A DNA stretch of 64,000 nucleotides. It comes from Eledone cirrhosa (Eukaryota). The translations under genes were made by a program, and so were the position numbers. Positions 51,301 to 63,760 of this stretch are shown one piece after another. Each line of letters begins with the position of its first letter. The stretch's first letter is position 1. The stretch is taken from the NCBI GenBank assembly GCA_964016885.1, contig OZ024745.1, positions 71,176,001 to 71,240,000 of the forward strand, given 5' to 3'. The notes under the pieces are model-generated. The model was not told the origin of the DNA. It made no database searches and saw only the letters and a list, made by a program, of their open reading frames with translations.

Positions 51301-52742
51301 TCACCATTAACACTAATGTCATCACCATTAACACTACTGTCATCACCATTAACACTACTGTCAACACCATTAACACTACTGTCATTACCATTAACACTGC
51401 TGTCATCACCATTAACACTACTGTCATCACCATTAACACTACTGTCATCACCATTTACACTACTGTCATCACCATTATCACTACTGTCATCACCATTAAC
51501 ACTACTGTCATCACCATTAACACTACTGTCATCACCATTAACACTACTGTCATCACCACTAACACTACTGTCATCACCATTTACACTACTGTCATCACCA
51601 TTATCACTACTGTCATCACCATTAACACTGCTGTCATCACCATTAACACTACTGTCATCACCATTAACACTGCTGTCATCACCATTAACGCTAATGTCAT
51701 CACCATTAACACTGCTGTCAACACCATTAACACTACTGTCATCACCATTAACACTACTGTCAACACCATTAACACTACTGTCATCACCATTTACACTGCT
51801 GTCAACACCATTAACACTACTGTCATCACCATTAACACTACTGTCAACACCATTAACACTACTGTCATCACCATTAACACTGCTGTCAACACCATTAACA
51901 CTACTGTCATCACCATTAACACTACTGTCATCACCATTAACACTGCTGTCAACACCATTAACACTACTGTCATCACCAATAACACTACTGTCCTCACCAT
52001 TAACAATACTGTCATCACCATTAACACTGCTGTCATCACTATTAACACTACTGTCATCACCATTAACACTACTGTCATCACCTGTAACACTACTGTCATC
52101 ACCATTAACACTACTGTCATCACCATTAACACTGCTGTCAACACCATTAACACTACTGTCATCACCATTAACACTGCTGTCATCACCATTAACACTACTG
52201 TCATCACCATTAACACTACTGTCAACACCATTAACACTGCTGTCATCACCATTAACACTACTGTCATCACCATTAACACTACTGTCATCACCATTAACAC
52301 TACTGTCATCACCATTAACACTGCTGTCATCACCATTAACACTACTGTCATCACCATTAACACTACTGTCAACACCATTAACACTGCTGTCATCACCATT
52401 AACACTACTGTCATCACCATTAACACTACTGTCATCACCATTAACACTACTGTCATCACCATTAACACTACTGTCATCACCATTAACACTGCTGTCATCA
52501 CCATTAACACTACTGTCATCACCATTAACACTACTGTCAACACCATTAACACTGCTGTCATCACCATTAACACTACTGTCATCACCATTAACACTGCTGT
52601 CATCACCATTAACACTACTGTCATCACCATTAACACTGCTGTCATCACCATTAACACTACTGTCATCACCATTAACACTACTGTCATCACCACTAACACT
52701 ACTGTCATCACCATTAACACTAGTGTCATCACCATTAAACAA
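6321..52742 (-). CDS. Stop-free (VNGDDSS)n frame, about 15,470 codons, Asp/Ser/Asn/Gly-rich; probably not a real gene, listed only as a candidate repeat exon
   Basis: Part of the track ORF 1716..52742. There is no stop, but none of GTT AAT GGT GAT GAC AGT AGT is one substitution from a stop. There is no signal peptide or unique domain, the assigned start codon is created by an indel, and frameshifts flank both ends. Confidence 0.1.
12800..18400. repeat. Diverged tandem duplication, offset about 2,814 bp (134 monomers), drifting as monomers are gained or lost
   Basis: Track ORF starts 13138/15952 and stops 13125/15939 differ by 2,814. Shared markers include catgatcaataacactggtgtc, gttatcaccaataacactgatgtc and gtcgtcaccattaacactatt. 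Boundaries are approximate. Confidence 0.8.
27340..32130. repeat. Duplication with offset 2,604/2,583 bp (124/123 monomers)
   Basis: gtaatc stops at 27486/30090 and ORF starts at 27565/30169 (offset 2,604). actatcatc and aacattact markers further on are offset by 2,583. Confidence 0.82.
31060..37520. repeat. Near-identical tandem duplication of 3,234 bp (154 monomers)
   Basis: acctttaac..gtcctc (about 32550/35784), gtcataacc (stops 33201/36435), ORF starts 33613/36847 and actcctgtcaacaccagt (about 34155/37389). A few differences exist, e.g. attaat at about 35623 and gctgtcacc at about 36111. Confidence 0.9.
38180..42200. repeat. Block duplication, offset 2,667 bp (127 monomers)
   Basis: gctctcaac at 38379/41046, gatgtc(a/g)ac at 38841/41508 and tagtgtc at 39491/42158. 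Confidence 0.82.
41342..51272. repeat. Apparently perfect tandem duplication of 4,956 bp (236 monomers): 41342-46297 and 46298-about 51272
   Basis: Matching 975-aa track ORFs at 42160..45087 and 47116..50043. Markers gtcttc (41385/46341), gatgtcgac (41508/46464) and actgcttac (43731/48687) are all offset by 4,956. Confidence 0.93.
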
Positions 52743-55700
52743 CTGTCATCACCATTAACACTACTGTCATCACCATTAACACTACTGTCATCACCACTAA
52801 CACTACTGTGATCACCACTAACACTACTGTCATCACCATTAACACTACTGTCATCACCATTAATACTACTGTCATCACCATTAACACTACTGTCATCACC
52901 ACTAACACTACTGTCATCACCATTAACACTAGTGTCATCACCATTAACACTACTGTCATCACCATTAACACTACTGTCATCACCATTAACACTACTGTCA
53001 TCACCATTAACACTACTGTCATCACCATTAACACTACTGTCATCACCACTAACACTACTGTCATCACCATTAACACTACTGTCATCACCATTAACACTAC
53101 TGTCATCACCATTAACACTACTGTCATCACCACTAACACTACTGTCATCACCATTATCACTACTGTCATCACCATTAACACTACTGTCATCACCATTAAC
53201 ACTGCTGTCATCACCATTAACACTGCTGTCATCACCATTAACACTGCTGCCATCACCATTAACACTACTGTCATCATCAATAACACTGCTGTCATCAACA
53301 TCAACACTACTGTCATCACCATTAACACTGCTGTCATCACCATTAACACTGCTGTCATCACCATTAACACTGCTGTCAACACCATTAACACTACTGTCAT
53401 CACCAATAACACTGCTGTCATCACCATTAACACTACTGTCAACACCAGTAACACTGCTGTCATCACCATTAACACTACTGTCAACACCATTAACACTACT
53501 GTCATCACCATTAACGCTGCTGTCATCATCATTAACACTACTGTCATCACCATTAACACTTCTGTCATCACCATTAACACTACTGTCATCACCATTAACA
53601 CTACTGTCAACAGCATTAACACTACTGTCATCACCATTAACACTAATGTCATCACCATTAACACTGCTGTCATCACCATTAACACTACTGTCATCACCAT
53701 TAACACTACTGTCAACAGCATTAACACTACTGTCATCACCATTAACACTGCTGTCATCACCATTAACACTAATGTCATCACCATTAACACTGCTGTCATC
53801 ACCATTAACACTACTGTCATCACCATTAACACTAATGTCATCACCATTAACACTACTGTCATCACCATTAACACTACTGTCAACACCATTAACACTACTG
53901 TCATTACCATTAACACTGCTGTCATCACCATTAACACTACTGTCATCACCATTAACACTACTGTCATCACCATTTACACTACTGTCATCACCATTATCAC
54001 TACTGTCATCACCATTAACACTACTGTCATCACCATTAACACTACTGTCATCACCATTAACACTACTGTCATCACCACTAACACTACTGTCATCACCATT
54101 TACACTACTGTCATCACCATTATCACTACTGTCATCACCATTAACACTGCTGTCATCACCATTAACACTACTGTCATCACCATTAACACTGCTGTCATCA
54201 CCATTAACGCTAATGTCATCACCATTAACACTGCTGTCAACACCATTAACACTACTGTCATCACCATTAACACTACTGTCAACACCATTAACACTACTGT
54301 CATCACCATTAACACTGCTGTCAACACCATTAACACTACTGTCATCACCATTAACACTACTGTCAACACCATTAACACTACTGTCATCACCATTAACACT
54401 GCTCTCAACACCATTAACACTACTGTCATCACCATTAACACTACTGTCATCACCATTAACACTGCTGTCAACACCATTAACACTACTGTCATCACCAATA
54501 ACACTACTGTCCTCACCATTAACAATACTGTCATCACCATTAACACTGCTGTCATCACTATTAACACTACTGTCATCACCATTAACACTACTGTCATCAC
54601 CTGTAACACTACTGTTATCACCATTAACACTACTGTCATCACCATTAACACTGCTGTCAACACCATTAACACTACTGTCATCACCATTAACACTGCTGTC
54701 ATCACCATTAACACTACTGTCATCACCATTAACACTACTGTCAACACCATTAACACTGCTGTCATCACCATTAACACTACTGTCATCACCATTAACACTA
54801 CTGTCATCACCATTAACACTACTGTCATCACCATTAACACTGCTGTCATCACCATTAACACTACTGTCATCACCCTTAACACTACTGTCAACACCATTAA
54901 CACTGCTGTCATCACCATTAACACTACTGTCATCACCATTAACACTACTGTCATCACCATTAACACTACTGTCATCACCATTAACACTACTGTCATCACC
55001 ATTAACACTGCTGTCATCACCATTAACACTACTGTCATCACCATTAACACTACTGTCAACACCATTAACACTGCTGTCATCACCATTAACACTACTGTCA
55101 TCACCATTAACACTGCTGTCATCACCATTAACACTACTGTCATCACCATTAACACTGCTGTCATCACCATTAACACTACTGTCATCACCATTAACACTAC
55201 TGTCATCACCACTAACACTACTGTCATCACCATTAACACTAGTGTCATCACCATTAACACTACTGTCATCACCATTAACACTACTGTCATCACCATTAAC
55301 ACTACTGTCATCACCACTAACACTACTGTCATCACCACTAACACTACTGTCATCACCATTAACACTACTGTCATCACCATTAATACTACTGTCATCACCA
55401 TTAACACTACTGTCATCACCACTAACACTACTGTCATCACCATTAACACTAGTGTCATCACCATTAACACTACTGTCATCACCATTAACACTACTGTCAT
55501 CACCATTAACACTACTGTCATCACCATTAACACTACTGTCATCACCATTAACACTACTGTCATCACCACTAACACTACTGTCATCACCATTAACACTACT
55601 GTCATCACCATTAACACTACTGTCATCACCATTAACACTACTGTCATCACCACTAACACTACTGTCATCACCATTATCACTACTGTCATCACCATTAACA

Positions 55701-58700
55701 CTACTGTCATCACCATTAACACTGCTGTCATCACCACTAACACTACTGTCATCACCATTATCACTACTGTCATCACCATTAACACTACCGTCATCACCAT
55801 TAACACTACTGTCATCACCATTAACACTACTGTCATCACCATTAACACTACTGTCATCACCTTTAACACTACTGTCATCACCATTAACACTACTGTCATC
55901 ACCATTAACACTGCTGTCAACATCATTAACACTACTGTCATCACCATTAACACTACTGTCATCACCATTAACACTACTGTCAACACCATTAACACTACTG
56001 TCTTCACCATTAACACTGCTGTCAACACCATTAACACTGCTGCCATCACCATTAACACTGCTGTCATCACCATTAACACTACTGTCATCACCATTAACAC
56101 TACTGTCATCACCATTAACACTACTGTCATCACCATTAACACTACTGTCATCACCATTAACACTACTGTCATCACCATTAACACTACTGTCAACACCATT
56201 AACACTACTGTCATCACCAATAACACTGCTGTCAACACCATTAACCCTGCTGTCATCACCATTAACACTGCTGTCATCACAATTAACGCTACTGCCATCA
56301 CTATTAACAATGCTGTCAACACCATTAACACTACTATCATCACCATAAACACTACTGTCAACACTATTAACACTACTGTCATCACCATTATCACTACTGT
56401 CATCACCATTAACACTACTGTCAACACCATTAACACTACTGTCATCACCATTAACACTGCTGTCAACACCATTAACACTGCTGTCATCACCATTAACACT
56501 ACTGTCATCACCATTAACACTACTGACAACACCATTAATACTACTGTCATCACCATTAACACTGCTGTCAACACCATTAACACTGCTGTCATCACCATTA
56601 ACACTACTGTCATCACCATTAACACTGCTGTCAACACCATTAACACTACTGTCATCACCATTAACACTGCTGTCATCACCATTAACACTACTGTCATCAC
56701 CATTAACACTACTGTCATCACCATTAACACTGCTGTCATCACCATTAACACTGCTGTCATCACCATTAACACTGCTGACATCACCATTAACACTACTGCC
56801 ATCACCATTAACACTGCTGTCATCACCATTAACACTGCTGCCATCACCATTAACACTACTGTCATCATCAATAACACTGCTGTCATCAACATCAACACTA
56901 CTGTCATCACCATTAACACTGCTGTCATCACCATTAACACTGCTGTCATCACCATTAACACTGCTGTCAACACCATTAACACTACTGTCATCACCAATAA
57001 CACTGCTGTCATCACCATTAACACTACTGTCAACACCAGTAACACTGCTGTCATCACCATTAACACTACTGTCAACACCATTAACACTACTGTCATCACC
57101 ATTAACGCTGCTGTCATCATCATTAACACTACTGTCATCACCATTAACACTTCTGTCATCACCATTAACACTACTGTCATCACCATTAACACTACTGTCA
57201 ACAGCATTAACACTACTGTCATCACCATAAACACTGCTGTCATCACCATTAACACTAATGTCATCACCATTAACACTGCTGTCATCACCATTAACACTAC
57301 TGCCATCACCATTAACACTACTGTCAACAGCATTAACACTACTGTCATCACCATTAACACTGCTGTCATCACCATTAACACTAATGTCATCACCATTAAC
57401 ACTGCTGTCATCACCATTAACACTACTGTCATCACCATTAACACTAATGTCATCACCATTAACACTACTGTCATCACCATTAACACTACTGTCAACACCA
57501 TTAACACTACTGTCATTACCATTAACACTGCTGTCATCACCATTAACACTACTGTCATCACCATTAACACTACTGTCATCACCATTTACACTACTGTCAT
57601 CACCATTATCACTACTGTCATCACCATTAACACTACTGTCATCACCATTAACACTACTGTCATCACCATTAACACTACTGTCATCACCACTAACACTACT
57701 GTCATCACCATTTACACTACTGTCATCACCATTATCACTACTGTCATCACCATTAACACTGCTGTCATCACCATTAACACTACTGTCATCACCATTAACA
57801 CTGCTGTCATCACCATTAACGCTAATGTCATCACCATTAACACTGCTGTCAACACCATTAACACTACTGTCATCACCATTAACACTACTGTCAACACCAT
57901 TAACACTACTGTCATCACCATTAACACTGCTGTCAACACCATTAACACTACTGTCATCACCATTAACACTACTGTCAACACCATTAACACTACTGTCATC
58001 ACCATTAACACTGCTCTCAACACCATTAACACTACTGTCATCACCATTAACACTACTGTCATCACCATTAACACTGCTGTCAACACCATTAACACTACTG
58101 TCATCACCAATAACACTACTGTCCTCACCATTAACAATACTGTCATCACCATTAACACTGCTGTCATCACTATTAACACTACTGTCATCACCATTAACAC
58201 TACTGTCATCACCTGTAACACTACTGTCATCACCATTAACACTACTGTCATCACCATTAACACTGCTGTCAACACCATTAACACTACTGTCATCACCATT
58301 AACACTACTGTCATCACCATTAACACTACTGTCAACACCATTAACACTACTGTCTTCACCATTAACACTGCTGTCAACACCATTAACACTGCTGTCAACA
58401 CCATTAACACTACTGTCATCATCATTAACACTACTGTCATCACCATTAACACTACTGCCATCACCATTAACACTGATGTCAACACCATTAACACTACTGT
58501 CATCAGCATTAACACTACTGTCATCACCATTAACACTGCTGTCATCACCATTAACACTACTGTCATCACCATTAACACTGCTGTCATCACCATTAACACT
58601 ACTGTCATCACCATTAACACTACTGTCAACACCATTAACACTGCTGTCATCACCATTAACACTACTGTCATCACCATTAACACTACTGTCATCACCATTA

Positions 58701-59600
58701 ACACTACTGTCATCACCATTAACACTGCTGTCATCACCATTAACACTACTGTCATCACCATTAACACTACTGTCAACACCATTAACACTGCTGTCATCAC
58801 CATTAACACTACTGTCATCACCATTAACACTACTGTCATCACCATTAACACTGCTGTCATCACCATTAACACTACTGTCATCACCATTAACACTACTGTC
58901 AACACCATTGACACTGCTGTCATCACCATTAACACTACTGTCATCACCATTAACACTGCTGTCATCACCATTAACACTACTGTCATCACCATTAACACTG
59001 CTGTCATCACCATTAACACTACTGTCATCACCATTAACACTACTGTCATCACCACTAACACTACTGTCATCACCATTAACACTAGTGTCATCACCATTAA
59101 CACTACTGTCATCACCATTAACACTACTGTCATCACCATTAACACTACTGTCATCACCACTAACACTACTGTCATCACCACTAACACTACTGTCATCACC
59201 ATTAACACTACTGTCATCACCATTAATACTACTGTCATCACCATTAACACTACTGTCATCACCACTAACACTACTGTCATCACCATTAACACTAGTGTCA
59301 TCACCATTAACACTACTGTCATCACCATTAACACTACTGTCATCACCATTAACACTACTGTCATCACCATTAACACTACTGTCATCACCATTAACACTAC
59401 TGTCATCACCACTAACACTACTGTCATCACCATTAACACTACTGTCATCACCATTAACACTACTGTCATCACCATTAACACTACTGTCATCACCACTAAC
59501 ACTACTGTCATCACCATTATCACTACTGTCATCACCATTAACACTACTGTCATCACCATTAACACTGCTGTCATCACCACTAACACTACTGTCATCACCA
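50700..59600. repeat. Three related copies of a 2.5-3.8 kb higher-order block (offsets 2,519 and 3,612-3,843 bp)
   Basis: Paired ccatttac markers 126 bp apart begin at about 51451, 53970 and 57582. acctgtaac occurs at about 52080, 54599 and 58211. tagtgtc pairs begin at 52721, 55240 and 59083. Confidence 0.82.
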
Positions 59601-62600
59601 TTATCACTACTGTCAACACCATTAACACTACCGTCATCACCATTAACACTACTGTCATCACCATTAACACTACTGTCATCACCATTAACACTACTGTCAT
59701 CACCTTTAACACTACTGTCATCACCATTAACACTACTGTCATCACCATTAACACTGCTGTCAACATCATTAACACTACTGTCATCACCATTAACACTACT
59801 GTCATCACCATTAACACTACTGTCAACACCATTAACACTACTGTCTTCACCATTAACACTGCTGTCAACACCATTAACACTGCTGCCATCACCATTAACA
59901 CTGCTGTCATCACCATTAACACTACTGTCATCACCATTAACACTACTGTCATCACCATTAACACTACTGTCATCACCATTAACACTACTGTCATCACCAT
60001 TAACACTACTGTCATCACCATTAACACTACTGTCATCACCATTAACACTACTGTCAACACCATTAACACTACTGTCATCACCAATAACACTGCTGTCAAC
60101 ACCATTAACCCTGCTGTCATCACCATTAACACTGCTGTCATCACCATTAACACTACTGTCATCACCATTAACACTACTCTCAACACCATTAACACTGCTG
60201 TCATCACCATTAACAATGCTGTCAACACCATTAACACTACTGTCATCACCATTAACACTACTGTCATCACCATTAACACTACTGTCATCACCATTAACAC
60301 TACTGTCATCACCATTAACACTACTGTCATCACCATTAACACTACTGTCATCACCATTAACACTGCTGTCATCACCATTAACACTACTGTCATCACCATT
60401 AACACTGCTGTCATCACCATTAACGCTACTGTCATCACCATTAACACTGCTGTCAACACCATTAACACTACTGTCATCACCATTAACACTACTGTCAACA
60501 CCATTAACACTATTGTCATCACCATTAACACTGCTGTCAACACCATTAACACTACTGTCATCACCATTAACACTACTGTCAACACCATTAACACTACTGT
60601 CATCACCATTAACACTCCTCTCAACACCATTAACACTACTGTCATCACCATTAACACTACTGTCATCACCATTAACACTGCTGTCAACACCATTAACACT
60701 ACTGTCATCACCAATAACACTACTGTCCTCACCATTAACAATACTGTCATCACCATTAACACTGCTGTCATCACTATTAACACTACTGTCATCACCATTA
60801 ACACTACTGTCATCACCTTTAACACTACTGTCATCACCATTAACACTACTGTCATCACCATTAACACTGCTGTCAACACCATTAACACTTCTGTCATCAC
60901 CATTAACACTACTGTCATCACCATTAACACTACTGTCAACACCATTAACACTACTGTCTTCACCATTAACACTGCTGTCAACACCATTAACACTGCTGTC
61001 AACACCATTAACACTACTGTCATCATCATTAACACTACTGTCATCACTATTAACACTACTGTCATCACCATTAACACTGATGTCAACACCATTAACACTA
61101 CTGTCATCAGCATTAACACTACTGTCATCACCATTAACACTGCTGTCATCACCATTAACACTACTGTCATCACCATTAACACTGCTGTCATCACCATTAA
61201 CACTACTGTCCTCACCATTAACACTACTGTCAACACCATTAACACTGCTGTCATCACCATTAACACTACTGTCATCACCATTAACACTACTGTCATCACC
61301 ATTAACACTACTGTCATCACCATTAACACTGCTGTCATCACCATTAACACTACTGGCATCACCATTAACACTACTGTCAACACCATTAACACTGCTGTCA
61401 TCACCATTAACACTACTGTCATCACCATTAACACTACTGTCATCACCATTAACACTACTGTCATCACCATTAACACTACTGTCATCACCATTAACACTGC
61501 TGTCATCACCATTAACCCTACTGTCATCACCATTAACACTACTGTCAACACCATTAACACTGCTGTCATCACCATTAACACTACTGTCATCACCATTAAC
61601 ACTGCTGTCATTACCATTAACACTACTGTCATCACCATTAACACTGCTGTCATCACCATTAACACTACTGTCATCACCATTAACACTACTGTCATCACCA
61701 CTAACACTACTGTCATCACCATTAACACTAGTGTCATCACCATTAACACTACTGTCATCACCATTAACACTACTGTCATCACCATTAACACTACTGTCAT
61801 CACCACTATCACTACTGTCATCACCACTAACACTACTGTCATCACCATTAACACTACTGTCATCACCATTTATACTACTGTCATCACCATTAACACTACT
61901 GTCATCACCACTAACACTACTGTCATCACCATTAACACTAGTGTCATCACCATTAACACTACTGTCATCACCATTAACACTACTGTCATCACCATTAACA
62001 CTACTGTCATCACCATTAACACTACTGTCATCACCATTAACACTACTGTCATCACCATTAACACTACTGTCATCACCATTAACACTACTGTCATCACCAT
62101 TAACACTACTGTCAACACCATTAACACTACTGTCATCACCATTAACACTACTGTCACCACCATTAACACTACTGTCAACACCATTAACACTACTGTCATC
62201 ACCATTAACACTACTGTCACCACCATTAGCACTACTGTCATCACCATTAACACTACTGTCAACACCATTAACACTACTGTCATCACCATTAACACTACTG
62301 TCATCACCATTAACACTACTGTCATCACCATTAACACTACTGTCAACACCGTTAACACTACTGTCATCACCATTAACACTACTGTCACCACCATTAGCAC
62401 TACTGTCATCACCATTAACACTACTGTCAACACCATTAACACTGCTGTCACCACCATTAACACTACTGTCATCACCATTAACACTACTGTCACCACCATT
62501 AGCACTACTGTCATCACCATTAACACTACTGTCAACACCATTAACACTGCTGTCACCACCATTAACACTACTGTCATCACCATTAACACTACTGTCACCA

Positions 62601-62799
62601 CCATTAACACTACTGTCATCACCATTAACACTACTGTCCATCACCATTAACACTACTGTCATCACCATTAACACTACTGTCATCACCATTAACACTGCTG
62701 TCATCACCATTAACACTACTGTCATCACCATTAACACTACTGTCATCACCATTAACACTACTGTCACCACCATTAACACTACTGTCAACACCATTAACA

Positions 62800-63760
62800 C
62801 TACTGTCATCACCATTAACACTACTGTCACCACCATTAGCACTACTGTCATCACCATTAACACTGCTGACATCACCATTATCACTACTGTCACCACCATT
62901 AACACTACTGTCATCACCATTAACACTACTGTCAGCACCATTAGCACTACTGTCATCACCATTAACACTACTGTCATCACCATTAACACTACTGTCATCA
63001 CCATTAACACTACTGTCATCACCATTAACACTACTGTCATCACCACTAACACTACTGTCATCACCATTAACACTACTGTCATCACCATTAACACTATTGT
63101 CATCACCACTAACACTACTGTCATCACCATTAACACTACTGTCACCACCATTAGCACTACTGTCATCACCATTAACACTGCTGACATCACCATTATCACT
63201 ACTGTCACCACCATTAACACTACTGTCATCACCATTAACACTACTGTCAGCACCATTAGCACTACTGTCATCACCATTAACACTACTGTCATCACCATTA
63301 ACACTACTGTCATCACCATTAACACTACTGTCATCACCATTAACACTACTGTCATCACCATTAACACTACTGTCATCACCATTAACACTACTGTCATCAC
63401 CATTAACACTATTGTCATCACCACTAACACTACTGTCATCACCATTAACACTACTGTCACCACCATTAGCACTACTGTCATCACCATTAACACTGCTGAC
63501 ATCACCATTATCACTACTGTCACCACCATTAACACTACTGTCATCACCATTAACACTACTGTCAGCACCATTAGCACTACTGTCATCACCATTAACACTA
63601 CTGTCATCACCATTAACACTACTGTCATCACCATTAACACTACTGTCATCACCATTAACACTACTGTCATCACCACTAACACTACTGTCATCACCATTAA
63701 CACTACTGTCATCACCATTAACACTATTGTCATCACCACTAACACTACTGTCATCACCAT
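62800..63760. repeat. 315-bp (15-monomer) higher-order repeat, 3 copies
   Basis: gctgacatcaccattatc at 62865/63180/63495, gtcagcaccattagc at 62931/63246/63561 and actattgtcatcaccact at 63093/63408/63723. Confidence 0.92.

Larger units (their letters stand above)
6321..52738. repeat. Core block of 2,210 monomers in exact 21-bp register
   Basis: The ACC triplet starts at 6321 and at 52731; the difference is 46,410 = 2,210 x 21. The ORF track shows continuous frames across it. It is bounded by 1-bp deletions at 6320/6321 and about 52738. Confidence 0.93.

Noticed and set aside
1716-52742. 17,008-aa ORF as a bona fide giant protein
   Set aside because: Its start codon is created by the 52738 indel. 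It switches from VNGDDSS to hydrophobic LMVMTVV at the 6320 frameshift and stops at the 1719 frameshift. It has no unique domains, and its openness is guaranteed by RNY codons.
10938-52811. (VITINTT)n ORF as an ice-binding, beta-solenoid or mucin-like protein with N-T-T sequons
   Set aside because: It is the exact antisense codon frame of VNGDDSS and equally stop-proof. The ATG is a sporadic point variant, the commonest variant (NTT>NTA) destroys the sequon, and there is no leader or terminal domain.
231-56348. Many (LSSPLTL)n ORFs on + and (LMVMTVV)n ORFs on -
   Set aside because: These are alternative frames of the same repeat. Starts and stops coincide with random single-base variants and recur with the duplications. 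Any leucine-heptad or transmembrane resemblance is a by-product of the 21-bp period.
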